Made by a program: the position numbers and the translations under genes | Shown here: positions 10,243-19,526 of the stretch, one piece after another | Position numbering within the stretch: the stretch's first letter is position 1 | Layout: each line of letters opens with the position of its first letter | DNA from: Candidatus Thorarchaeota archaeon | GTDB taxonomy: Archaea > Asgardarchaeota > Thorarchaeia > Thorarchaeales > Thorarchaeaceae | Reading direction: 5' to 3' | NCBI GenBank assembly: GCA_046482545.1 | Contig: JAWOEX010000022.1 | Location: 32,001-96,000, forward strand | Length of the DNA stretch: 64,000 nucleotides | Notes under the pieces: model-generated | What the model saw: only the letters and a program-made list of their open reading frames with translations | What the model was told of the DNA's origin: nothing | Databases searched by the model: none

Positions 10243-10797
10243 CTACTTCAGTTCAGTCCCAAGCCTATCAAAATCTGTTTCTATTAGTGTTTGGTACTTC
10301 GAAAAGCGCAAAGCAGCCGCAGGGTGATATGTCATGAAATATCGATAGTGAGTGCCATCGTAAAATGTACCATGAACATCAGAGACCCTCCTGTAACCAA
10401 TTAATGCAGAAATAGCAACCCCACCAAGTAAAACAACGATATCAGGATTAATCATATCTAGCTGTTTTTCAAGATATGGCAGACATGACTCAATTTCTTC
10501 ACTTTGTGGGGTTCGATTGCTCGGAGGTCGGCACTTCAACACAGAAGTTATGAAAACATCTTCTCGGCTGTAGGGAAGTCGGTTCTCTATAAGATTCGTC
10601 AACAATTCACCAGATCGACCAACAAATGGTCTTCCAGTTTCATCCTCTTTTCTTCCTGGAGCTTCACCTACGAATGCAACCCTCGTATTTATACTCCCCT
10701 CCCCGGGGACTGCCCTATTACGGATCCTGTGCAGAGGGCACTTTGAACATGTCCGTATCTTTTCATGTAATTGTGCAATCTTTTTCCTAGCAGTCAT
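10243..10797 (-). CDS. udg: uracil-DNA glycosylase, family 4
   Basis: CxxC, GEAPG, PFVGRSG, KCRPP.NR.P and YHPAA motifs. Confidence 0.95.
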   Translation of the reverse strand: MTARKKIAQLHEKIRTCSKCPLHRIRNRAVPGEGSINTRVAFVGEAPGRKEDETGRPFVGRSGELLTNLIENRLPYSREDVFITSVLKCRPPSNRTPQSEEIESCLPYLEKQLDMINPDIVVLLGGVAISALIGYRRVSDVHGTFYDGTHYRYFMTYHPAAALRFSKYQTLIETDFDRLGTELK

Positions 10798-11083
10798 TGT
10801 GTTTTTGTATCCGGTTAGAGTAGATAAACACATCACTCATACTAGATGAATACTCTCTGAAGAGCGTGCGGCATGGGTGCATCGATTTTTCTTTGCCGTT
10901 TGATGGGGTAGTATTGAGTTCAATGCGTTCTTTGAAGTGATTGTTGCGTCTCACTGGAGTCTGTTGCATCATGGTAATTTCATGTATTTCGTCTTTATCA
11001 TCTTGTTCTTCATAAAAGAATTCTATGATCGTGTCCCAATCACTGACGGCCGATAACTCGTCATTTGATATAGAACTCCACAC
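10787..11083 (-). CDS. hypothetical protein (doubtful)
   Basis: The ORF fills the pyrI-udg gap but has no recognisable motif. Confidence 0.2.
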   Translation of the reverse strand: MWSSISNDELSAVSDWDTIIEFFYEEQDDKDEIHEITMMQQTPVRRNNHFKERIELNTTPSNGKEKSMHPCRTLFREYSSSMSDVFIYSNRIQKHNDC

Positions 11084-11181
11084 CGCAATCGGACTTCGAA
11101 CTTTGCGGAGGTAAAATGGTAAAAAGGGTGAAAAGAGTCGACTCGTAAGGGCATGATCCAGTACTGAGGATTAGCGAGCAC

Positions 11182-11703
11182 TCACCGGCGCTCGGTGAAC
11201 TGTGAGATGATATCGCTTTCTTCAATGAGAGCCCAACAATAAAGACATTTTAGCTGAGTAGGACACCGTGAGAGAACCTGATATTTTGGTTGAATGGGTT
11301 CTCGTTCTTTATTGGTAATGCAACGCGCATTCGGGCACTCTACTACATTGGTGATTTTATCAGGAAGCTCTACTCGTGTCTTCTTCACAACTTTTTCGTC
11401 CTCTATCACATTTATCGTTGCATCTGGTGCTACGAGCGCGATTTTTGCAACCTCATCATCATCAAGAATTCTATCTTCAAGTTTGACTATGTCCTTTCGT
11501 TCAATTCGCAAACTCCTGATGTTCATGGCTAGTGACATGATATTGTCTTCTTTGCCAGTAATACCGAGAATGCTAAGTACATCAAGTGCATGTCCTGCTG
11601 CAATGTGGTCTATGACAGTGCCGGCGGTGATTTTCACAATTCGTATTTTCTGGCTTCCTTTCTTAGGCACTGAGATTTCCTCTGTTGGCCCCTTCTGAAG
11701 CAC
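11182..11703 (-). CDS. pyrI: aspartate carbamoyltransferase regulatory subunit
   Basis: GTVIDHI, KDIVK.E, P.ATINVI and the CPN..C / C.YC zinc site. Confidence 0.96.
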   Translation of the reverse strand: MLQKGPTEEISVPKKGSQKIRIVKITAGTVIDHIAAGHALDVLSILGITGKEDNIMSLAMNIRSLRIERKDIVKLEDRILDDDEVAKIALVAPDATINVIEDEKVVKKTRVELPDKITNVVECPNARCITNKEREPIQPKYQVLSRCPTQLKCLYCWALIEESDIISQFTERR

Positions 11704-11817
11704 TATCTTTTAGTCTTTCCTTTACTTATTTTGGATCTACCAGTGTTGGGCCATTGATGCCATATAGGCGAAGCTTGATATTTGTATTTTCAGGAGGTCA
11801 AACAGAGGTAGCCTGTT

Positions 11818-13161
11818 TTGGTACTAGAAGGTCTGGGAAAGTCACTTAACTCTGCATTGAAAAAACTCTTTGGCGCAGGAGTAGTTGATAAAGCGTTAGT
11901 CAAGGAGCTGGTGAAAGACATCCAGCGCGCTTTGTTGACAGCAGATGTCGATGTCAACCTAGTGATGGCTATAACTAAGCGGGTTGAAGAACAGGCCTTG
12001 GACGAGGATCTTCCACGTGGTATCTCCCGACGTGAGCATATCGTACGAGTAGTCTGGGATACGCTTGCCCATTTCCTCGGTGAAAAACGAGTGCCCCTCA
12101 GAATCGAACCTGGACAGCCCAATCTCATTATGCTTGTAGGTATACAGGGATCAGGAAAAACAACAACAACTGCAAAACTGGCCAGATACTTCCAGAAGAG
12201 AGGTATCAAATCAGGTGTTGTATGTGCAGACAATTTCCGACCAGGTGCATATAATCAACTCAAGCAATTGGCCGAGCAATCAAACGTCCCGTTCTATGGA
12301 GATGAAGATGAGAATAGTGCGGTCAAGCTTGCCAAGCGGGGATATAAAGATATGAAAGAAACAGGAGTGGAACTCATCCTGCTGGATACCTCCGGAAGGC
12401 ATAGGGAAGAAGCAGGCCTCATTAAAGAGATGCAGAACATTTCAAAGGCGGTCAAGCCACGGGAAATCATACTTGTTATTGATGGCACCCTTGGACAGCA
12501 AGCAGGTTCGCAGGCTGCAGCATTTAATGAAGCAACTGATGTGGGTTCCATCATTGTTACAAAACTCGATGGCAGTGCAAAGGGAGGGGGTGCGCTTTCT
12601 GCTGCCGCTGCGACGGGTGCTCCGATTAAGTTCATTGGCACCGGTGAAGGCCTAGGTGCGCTTGAGCCCTTTCAGCCCACCAAATTCGTGGGTCGGCTTC
12701 TAGGTATGTCGGATATAAAGGGTCTTATCGAGAAGGTACGAGAAGCACAAATCGAAGTTGATGACGACGCTGCAATGCGAATGATGAAGGGACAGTTCTC
12801 CCTGAAAGATATGATGGCTCAATTGAAACAGCTGAAGAAAATGGGGCCGATAGACAAAGTTATGGAGATGCTAGGGCTCAAGTATAAAATCCCGGACAAT
12901 CTAGCTGAAATTCAGCAGGAGAACCTTCAGAAGTTTGAAGTAATCATGAATTCGATGACGAAGGAGGAACTAGACGCGCCAAATATTATCAAATCATCCA
13001 GAATTGAAAGAATAGCACAGGGCTCCGGTACTAGTAAAAGGGATGTTCGTGAACTCCTAAAGCAACATTCACAGATGCAGAAGATGATGAAGAAACTGAG
13101 TAAATCCCGACGAGGGAGAAGAGGGGGTATTCCGGGCATGGAAGGTTTACCCGGAATTTAA
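11818..13161 (+). CDS. srp54: signal recognition particle protein SRP54
   Basis: ALLTADV, GIQGSGKTTT, DTSGRH, TKLDGSAKGGGALS and a Met-rich M domain (SRIERIAQGSG). Confidence 0.98.
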   Translation: MVLEGLGKSLNSALKKLFGAGVVDKALVKELVKDIQRALLTADVDVNLVMAITKRVEEQALDEDLPRGISRREHIVRVVWDTLAHFLGEKRVPLRIEPGQPNLIMLVGIQGSGKTTTTAKLARYFQKRGIKSGVVCADNFRPGAYNQLKQLAEQSNVPFYGDEDENSAVKLAKRGYKDMKETGVELILLDTSGRHREEAGLIKEMQNISKAVKPREIILVIDGTLGQQAGSQAAAFNEATDVGSIIVTKLDGSAKGGGALSAAAATGAPIKFIGTGEGLGALEPFQPTKFVGRLLGMSDIKGLIEKVREAQIEVDDDAAMRMMKGQFSLKDMMAQLKQLKKMGPIDKVMEMLGLKYKIPDNLAEIQQENLQKFEVIMNSMTKEELDAPNIIKSSRIERIAQGSGTSKRDVRELLKQHSQMQKMMKKLSKSRRGRRGGIPGMEGLPGI

Positions 13162-13197
13162 CCAAAGCTGTATCATGCGGCAGTTTGATGTGATGAG

Positions 13198-13797
13198 ATG
13201 AAGCGGCGTTTCTTGATATCTTTCTCAGATTTGCCAGTATCGCGCTTAGACGTAAAAAAGGGCACTAATCAACCAAAGATGGTAACCGCTTGCCGATGTG
13301 TGAACATCGGTCTATTCCTCTCTCACGACATACGCAGAGATGTTGATGTGTTGCTTCTAATCGGCCCGAAACACGATTTAAGGGTGATAACATTTCCGGG
13401 CAAGACGTTGAGACGGGTTGCACCTGACGAACGGTCAATATCATTTTTCATATTCAAAGCACATAACGCGTTGCAGCAACTTGATACAGAATCCTCAGAG
13501 ACATTGGATAATGGTATAGTTGTGAGCAGAATTACACTGGACAAGATACGTAATGAGGACAATCAGAACAGGATGTACGTATCTAGGCACCCAGCAACCA
13601 GCCCTCTTTTTGAGGGAGCCCCACAGAAATATGCAGACTATCTTTATGAAACTAAAATGGGTTATTTTGGTCCATTTGACAAGTCAGTCCCACTGATTTC
13701 CAGACCATCACATCCGGAGCGTCTGATACTGGATGTGAATATGGACTGCGATAGAATGAATGATGACATTAAAAAATCAAACAGACATTCTGTTTGA
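13198..13797 (+). CDS. trmY: TrmY-like tRNA (pseudouridine54-N1)-methyltransferase, divergent C-terminus
   Basis: CRCVN.GLFLSHDIRRDV and ..G..LR.V.PDERS are TrmY/DUF358 motifs. The position after srp54 is typical. Confidence 0.7.
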   Translation: MKRRFLISFSDLPVSRLDVKKGTNQPKMVTACRCVNIGLFLSHDIRRDVDVLLLIGPKHDLRVITFPGKTLRRVAPDERSISFFIFKAHNALQQLDTESSETLDNGIVVSRITLDKIRNEDNQNRMYVSRHPATSPLFEGAPQKYADYLYETKMGYFGPFDKSVPLISRPSHPERLILDVNMDCDRMNDDIKKSNRHSV

Positions 13798-13833
13798 TAG
13801 ATACAACTGGAATATGTGTGAGATGTGAGATGA

Positions 13834-15009
13834 GTGCCCACCAACGTATCGCCCAAGTTTGATGCTCAAAGAAAAGTTTACGAGCAAGAAAATAACTTAG
13901 AGCAGAAGATAAAGGAGCTAGAGAAGCTAATCTCTCTATTGCCTCGACACAAAGGCGCAGAGAATATGCGGGGCCATTACCGGAGAAAACTTGCTAGGCT
14001 AAAGGATGAACTGGAGAAAAAGAGAGAACAGGAGAAGCTTCGAAGAAGTGGAAAGGCAGAAGAAGGAGCAGTAAGAAAAGAGGGCGCAGGGCAAGTCTGT
14101 CTTCTTGGAATGGCGAATAGTGGCAAGTCTAGCATCATCAATGCAGTAACAAATGCGGATTTCGATGTGGCAGACTATCCCTTCACAACGCCTAAGCCCA
14201 CACCGGCAATGCTCGAACTGGAAGACATCAACATCCAGCTCGTTGAATTGCCAGGAGTGTTTGAAGGCAGCTATGAGTCTGATATGGGAAGGAAATCTCT
14301 AGCTGTAGCGAGGAATGCTGACTGTATTGCAATCATCATCGATTTATCTAGAGACGTTTCTACACAGATGGAAATAATCAAACATGAGTTAGACCGCGCA
14401 GGAATACGCTTGAACCGAGAGCCTAGTGCTGTTAGAGTTGAGCGTGTAGGAATGGGAGGGCTACAAGTCTATGGGGCAGACAAGTTCAAAGGATCTAAGA
14501 AGGAAGTGTATCAGTTCCTCCAGAAGAGAAAAGTTCGTAACATGATAGTACGGTTTCAGAAAGAAGCAACCTTGCAAGACTTGGAGGATGCACTTGATGC
14601 GAGCGTTGCCTATGTTCGTGCACTCATAATTGCAACCAAGGGGGACACGACAGGCTCCGAAAAGCGATTTGAAGAGGTTCAAGAGGAGTATTCTGAGAGG
14701 TTTGAGATAGTTCCGATATCCGTAGTCGAAGAGAAGAATATAGAAGAAATGAACTGGGCATTTTACGACCACCTAGACATCCTGCGCGTGTACACAAAAA
14801 TTCCAGGGAAGGATCGAGAAGATAAACCGATTGTTCTTCCAAAGGGGTCGATTGTAGAGGACGCAGCAGTAAAGGTGCATAAGGAGTTATTCGTGGAAAG
14901 ATTTCGTGCTGCAGTCATTATTCGAAATGATGCAAAAGTTCAACGACGGCAGGTTGGTTTGAAATACCCCCTGAACGACGGCGACATACTGCAGTTGATG
15001 CATTCATGA
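13834..15009 (+). CDS. DRG-family (OBG-like) GTPase with TGS domain
   Basis: PRHKG.E, G1 GMANSGKSS, YPFTT, ELPG, RVYTK.PG and a C-terminal TGS domain. Confidence 0.92.
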   Translation: MPTNVSPKFDAQRKVYEQENNLEQKIKELEKLISLLPRHKGAENMRGHYRRKLARLKDELEKKREQEKLRRSGKAEEGAVRKEGAGQVCLLGMANSGKSSIINAVTNADFDVADYPFTTPKPTPAMLELEDINIQLVELPGVFEGSYESDMGRKSLAVARNADCIAIIIDLSRDVSTQMEIIKHELDRAGIRLNREPSAVRVERVGMGGLQVYGADKFKGSKKEVYQFLQKRKVRNMIVRFQKEATLQDLEDALDASVAYVRALIIATKGDTTGSEKRFEEVQEEYSERFEIVPISVVEEKNIEEMNWAFYDHLDILRVYTKIPGKDREDKPIVLPKGSIVEDAAVKVHKELFVERFRAAVIIRNDAKVQRRQVGLKYPLNDGDILQLMHS

Positions 15010-15019
15010 TTAGGAGGAT

Positions 15020-15763
15020 ATGGTCATCGTGAGTGAGTTTCCCAATCTCATTGTTGTGCTTGTTGAGCCGGAGACTCCCGGCAACGTGGGTTTCACCTCC
15101 AGAGTGCTTGCGAATTTCGGTGTTTCTAAACTTAGGATAGTAGGTGTTGACCCTCGATATGATGAAGAAGCGCAGATATTTGCCGTTCACGCAAACGATA
15201 TTTTACAATCAGCAGAAATCTACAAGACTCTAGATGAAGCACTAGAAGACGTTCATGCAGCTTGGGCAGCAACTGCAAGAATTGGAAAAAACCATAATGT
15301 TACCCGGGCTGCTGTTCCGCTCCCTAATATACCGAATCCGAAAACTTTCGATGCAAATGCGGCTCTGGTATTTGGCCGCGAAAGCAACGGTTTGACGAAT
15401 GATGAGATTTCTCTTTGTGACTTGATATTTACGATTCCAGCCTCAGATGAATACAACAGTCTCAATTTGAGTCACGCTGTAGCAGTAACTCTGTATCATG
15501 TTTTCAGCAATTACGCTGAAGAGGAACCACCAAAACCTACTGACGCAACACCAGCTACCAGACAGCAACGAGAGATTGTCAATGAATTCTTTGAAAGAGC
15601 AATCGATTGTTTAGATATGCACGATTATCGCCGGCCGATAGCAAAACAGGTCTTTCGCAATCTCTTGGGTCGCGCATATATGACGGGGCGTGAAGTAGCA
15701 ACGATGACTGGGGTAGTCCGAAAATTTATGGAGTTGGCCTGTAAAAAGAGCGGAGATTCCTAA
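15020..15763 (+). CDS. trmJ: TrmJ/TrmH-family SPOUT RNA 2'-O-methyltransferase
   Basis: VVLVEPETPGNVG..SR...NFG, LVFGRESNGL and SLNLSHAV motifs. Confidence 0.9.
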   Translation: MVIVSEFPNLIVVLVEPETPGNVGFTSRVLANFGVSKLRIVGVDPRYDEEAQIFAVHANDILQSAEIYKTLDEALEDVHAAWAATARIGKNHNVTRAAVPLPNIPNPKTFDANAALVFGRESNGLTNDEISLCDLIFTIPASDEYNSLNLSHAVAVTLYHVFSNYAEEEPPKPTDATPATRQQREIVNEFFERAIDCLDMHDYRRPIAKQVFRNLLGRAYMTGREVATMTGVVRKFMELACKKSGDS

Positions 15764-16302
15764 TACTTGCCATATCCAAGTTTTCGGCGCAATTCAGGGT
15801 CAATCTCATCAAATTCAATCCTACACGGAGTTGGGAGCTTATATGACGCCTTCTTGAGGGCTTTCCGTGCCTGTTTTAAACTCTCTCTATCACATCGAAC
15901 AGTGAGGATCGCCTGATGTTTATCCACTCTTGCAGCTCTTCCAATGACCTTTCCAAATGCTTTTCGCATACCATCTTGAACACGGTCAGCACCAGCACCT
16001 GAAATCATCTTGTTTTCTCTTAAGAAATGGAAGGGTTTGACTCGCACCCGCAAATGATATTTCGGGCGAGTAACGTTGCGAAGAAGCCACCTATTAGCGG
16101 CAACACGAGCTGCCTCTAGTGAATGATGTCGTATCTGGCATTTCTCAAGGCCTACCAATGATATCTGAATCTCAAAGTCTCCCTTTGTATTCCCCATGTC
16201 AAAGCTGGTTATCCTCATGGGTGGCTGTCGATGTATGTATTTCTTACGAACAAAGGCGGGACGGTCTTGAAGTCTGTAACAATGTCCTGGTCGTCTTCCC
16301 AT
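15760..16302 (-). CDS. rpl10e: 50S ribosomal protein uL16 (L10e)
   Basis: MGRRPG.CYR, LEAARVAAN, RENKM.SGAGADR.QDGMR.AFGK. Confidence 0.98.
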   Translation of the reverse strand: MGRRPGHCYRLQDRPAFVRKKYIHRQPPMRITSFDMGNTKGDFEIQISLVGLEKCQIRHHSLEAARVAANRWLLRNVTRPKYHLRVRVKPFHFLRENKMISGAGADRVQDGMRKAFGKVIGRAARVDKHQAILTVRCDRESLKQARKALKKASYKLPTPCRIEFDEIDPELRRKLGYGKY

Positions 16303-16444
16303 TCTGCTTCACCTAGCTATTTGGTCTAAGGCCTTGTACAGCCATTGATAGCCGCACACTTTCTGAAATCAATAAAAGGGTTGCGGCATGTAGAAATGTA
16401 ACATGTTCCAATTCACCTTTTCTAAGAGGGGACTAAGTCAGTGC

Positions 16445-17362
16445 TCAGTTCAGAAGACCAGCTGCCATAAAGGGAAAGACAATAGTTGCATCCCCAATTA
16501 CCGTTTCGAAAGCACCCGATTCCTGTACCTTTTTCCAAGACACACCTTCTCTAAGTGGTGCCCCTCCAAGACTCCCTCCCTCTGGGCGATCCAACGTTAT
16601 CTGTATTGCAAGGTCAAGTCCACCCCTGAGAATAGTGCTGCCCATTGTGAAGTGCTTTGTCAGGCCCCCACCTAGAATCACTGCACCTGTCCGGTTTGCA
16701 GAATTCACAATTTCACCCAAAATGCGCATATCTTTAACAAAATCTAACGAGCATTTCTTTGTCGTGCTATATGTGTACATATGGAATCCAAGCATGGAAT
16801 CAATCAAACCTGGTGAAAAGATGGGGATATCTCGCTTTGCCGCTTGTCGGATAATTGAATCTTCATCAGTCAAAGAAATTCCGAGATCATGAAGAAACAT
16901 ACTTGGAGACATATTCGTTCTTTGCTTCTCAGAAAGGGCATCAAGAAAGTCATAGATTTTTCCTTCAAAAACTTTGAAAGCTTCATCACTGACTGTTATA
17001 TCTGCAATGCGTCCTAATCCACCTTTTCTTAACTCGCTATCACTCTTGCCACTGGGAACTCGATAGTGTGAACCACCATACGCCTCAACCAAGTCATGAA
17101 CAATGTTAGCTCCACTGGTGACTATAGCATCAATCAAGCCTGCCTCAACGAGACGCGTAATGACCAATCTAAGCCCACCAGGAACCATTGGTCCAGACAT
17201 TGCTAGGAAAGTGAAGCACTGCAAATCATTGACCATCTTTTCCAAGATTGCCATGGCACGTCCCAATCTGCCAGCGCCAAGGACTCCAATGTTTCGCATA
17301 GAGTGAATGATTTCCTTTGCTGAGGATACTTCACAAGGATCAATATGATGTACTTTGTCCAT
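16445..17362 (-). CDS. dys: deoxyhypusine synthase family protein
   Basis: SGPMVPGGLR, TSGANIVHD, LGGG.TKH and GSLGGAP..EGVSWKK with the catalytic Lys retained. Start placed at MDKVHH. Confidence 0.9.
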   Translation of the reverse strand: MDKVHHIDPCEVSSAKEIIHSMRNIGVLGAGRLGRAMAILEKMVNDLQCFTFLAMSGPMVPGGLRLVITRLVEAGLIDAIVTSGANIVHDLVEAYGGSHYRVPSGKSDSELRKGGLGRIADITVSDEAFKVFEGKIYDFLDALSEKQRTNMSPSMFLHDLGISLTDEDSIIRQAAKRDIPIFSPGLIDSMLGFHMYTYSTTKKCSLDFVKDMRILGEIVNSANRTGAVILGGGLTKHFTMGSTILRGGLDLAIQITLDRPEGGSLGGAPLREGVSWKKVQESGAFETVIGDATIVFPFMAAGLLN

Positions 17363-17625
17363 CTGGCTCACCAAGTGGCAGAGCACATATGAAAGTGATA
17401 AGCATATTGAAGAAAGAATAACGCGGGTCCAGACCAATTCCGGGAGGGCAGGGCCCAGACACGCGCATCTGCACGAAGCAAATAATTCTATACTTATTAT
17501 GTGATTCAGTCTTTTGCCCATGGCTTTTCTTCTCAAGTGAACTATTGTGTTGTGGAGAGAGATAACTGAAAGTATTGAGTGCACCACTCAACAAGTTTAA
17601 GCGTAGTCGCTATTTACCGTACATT

Positions 17626-18276
17626 ATGCAAATAACGCTACCCGCGGAGCTGCTCACGTACTTAATCATTGGTGCAGTATTACTCATTCAGTTTGTGTGG
17701 ATGTGGCTTATTCGGAAAGGTCGTGATTTTTACCTAAGAGACATAGCACATCTAAGGAGGGCATCTGGAACGCTGTCCAAGTACTATCATTGGCGAATTT
17801 CAGGGGTGAGAAACGCTATAGGAGACGGCGTCATATTTGAGTTCGTGCTCATTGTGGCGATAGTGGGCATATCCTACCTAATATCTACCATCTCTGCCCT
17901 CCTCCAGATATTGCCAATCCTATTGATGGTAGTGGGTTTGTCTCTTATCAGCGTCGTACAAGGAATTAGGCGTGTCAGAAGTCTCAATCAGAAAGAGGAA
18001 AGCGTACTGGAGCAGTTAGAAGAAGCAGAATACAAGGTTGAGGAAGCTCGAGATATCGTTGATAGATTGGCACAGACTGATGCAGAAAGCAGTGGCGAAA
18101 TGTGGTTTGTACTATTCAAGCTCGCAACAAGACAGGATTTCATAGGAGTTTCTGTCAGAGAGGTATTGCAGGAGAGGGCCAAATATCTATCTGAGAAAGT
18201 CAAGAAGGCTCAAGTTGATTTGCCATTGGGAACGGAATCTAAAGAGGATACAGGGCCTTCAATTGAATTCGATTAG
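17626..18276 (+). CDS. hypothetical membrane protein (3 TM helices plus coiled-coil)
   Basis: Three hydrophobic helices and a charged C-terminus. Confidence 0.65.
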   Translation: MQITLPAELLTYLIIGAVLLIQFVWMWLIRKGRDFYLRDIAHLRRASGTLSKYYHWRISGVRNAIGDGVIFEFVLIVAIVGISYLISTISALLQILPILLMVVGLSLISVVQGIRRVRSLNQKEESVLEQLEEAEYKVEEARDIVDRLAQTDAESSGEMWFVLFKLATRQDFIGVSVREVLQERAKYLSEKVKKAQVDLPLGTESKEDTGPSIEFD

Positions 18277-18440
18277 ACTTGCTGATTATTCAGGTGCTGT
18301 GTGAAAAGTCTTTAGCGATGAATGTGACTGATCGCAAAACAGGGAAATGAAGTTAGAAATCAGGCATCTTGTAATTTGATTGCTCCGTTTCCTTACTTCC
18401 TTGTTGACTTCTCACACAGAGCCGATTATTCAGCAAATCT
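18275..18440. repeat. ~165-bp element bounded by ~35-bp imperfect inverted repeats (MITE-like or rod hairpin)
   Basis: agacttgctgattattcaggtgctgtgtgaaaagtc (18275-18310) aligns with the reverse complement of 18406-18440, agatttgctgaataatcggctctgtgtgagaagtc. Inner aacagggaa/ttccttgtt also pair. Confidence 0.6.
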
Positions 18441-18491
18441 TATATGAAATATTTAGAGGGGGAACGAGAACGCCCCAAAGGAGAAAGTCTA

Positions 18492-18776
18492 ATGTCCGAT
18501 AATAAAGTGCTAAAGGGTCGAAAAGGTGTTGTAACTAGCTACAGAAGAGGCAAGCATAAGCAACATACTAACCAAGTCCTCCTGAAGTTCAAGGAAATAG
18601 ATTCTAAATCTGCAGCCTCGGCTCTTATTGGTCGCGGAGTGCAATGGATTTCCCCAAAAGATAAAGAAATCCTAGGCAAAGTTGTAGGAGTACATGGAAA
18701 CAATGGTGTGGTCCGTGCGAAATTTAGAAGAAACCTTCCCGGACAAGCAATAGGGACGGGCGTTCAGCTGAGATAG
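18492..18776 (+). CDS. rpl35ae: 50S ribosomal protein eL33 (L35Ae)
   Basis: SYRRG...Q.TNQ.LL and HGNNGVVRAKFRRNLPGQAIG. Confidence 0.95.
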   Translation: MSDNKVLKGRKGVVTSYRRGKHKQHTNQVLLKFKEIDSKSAASALIGRGVQWISPKDKEILGKVVGVHGNNGVVRAKFRRNLPGQAIGTGVQLR

Positions 18777-18818
18777 TTGTATCAGTATATTTTTGATTGA
18801 TGAATGGATACTGATTAT

Positions 18819-18892
18819 TGACTCCGATGACGATTATGGCTAGCTGAGGGTTTGATTACCCAATGATGTCTCATAGTTAAGCCGAGGAGTCA
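18819..18892 (+). ncRNA. box C/D methylation-guide sRNA
   Basis: 7-bp terminal stem tgactcc/ggagtca; box C ATGACGA (18827-33), D' CTGA (18844-47), C' ATGATGT (18863-69), D CCGA (18882-85); guides of 10-12 nt. Confidence 0.7.
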
Positions 18893-18947
18893 CCATTATG
18901 AGTAAATACACTAAGTACAACAGCAACACTTTGCCAGCAGTCATACA

Positions 18948-19526
18948 ATGCTACAGATGGAGAGAATTCCGGTGACTGTGCGGGCTTTGGTCTTTCTTGC
19001 TTACTTTGTAGCAGGACTGACACTGAAAATGGGAGATGATTTCCTAGATGATTTGAAAAAGCCCAATTACGCTTGGTTTCCATTCATTATCTCTGGTGTA
19101 TTGTTCGGTTTTCTCATGACAGAATCAGAATGGGCTTTGCTTCTCTTTTCAGCAATCATAATCGGAGTTCTCATGTCAGGAAAAGTAAACAAACCTCAGT
19201 TTGGCATTGGTTTCATCACGATAGGGCTTGTGCTTTTGATACGGGGGCCCCCGGTCATCACATATTGGGGAGAATGGTTGCTGATTCTGGGAATTCTGTT
19301 AGCGGCATCAATTGTTGATGAGCGAGGAAACGATTGGGCCGATAAATCTGAATTCGTTTCTGCATCCGCGTTTTTCAAGTATCGGTTCACATTGAAGCTG
19401 TCTGTTTTAGTAGTGGCGGTATTTTGGCCTGAATTCTGGAGAACTACTGTAGGCCTATGGTTATTTGACACAGGTTACGAAGCAGCAGGAGTCATGGCCA
19501 GAAAATATTTTCAAGGAAGTGACTGA
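18948..19526 (+). CDS. conserved archaeal integral membrane protein
   Basis: About six TM helices with KMGDD, GKVN and DE.GND motifs. Confidence 0.7.
   Translation: MLQMERIPVTVRALVFLAYFVAGLTLKMGDDFLDDLKKPNYAWFPFIISGVLFGFLMTESEWALLLFSAIIIGVLMSGKVNKPQFGIGFITIGLVLLIRGPPVITYWGEWLLILGILLAASIVDERGNDWADKSEFVSASAFFKYRFTLKLSVLVVAVFWPEFWRTTVGLWLFDTGYEAAGVMARKYFQGSD

Noticed and set aside
16445-17587. N-terminal extensions in the ORF track (dys, hef, spt5, rpl11, aIF-1A, PRC protein)
   Set aside because: They are upstream in-frame run-ons without homologous character. Starts were moved to where family motifs and SD sites begin.
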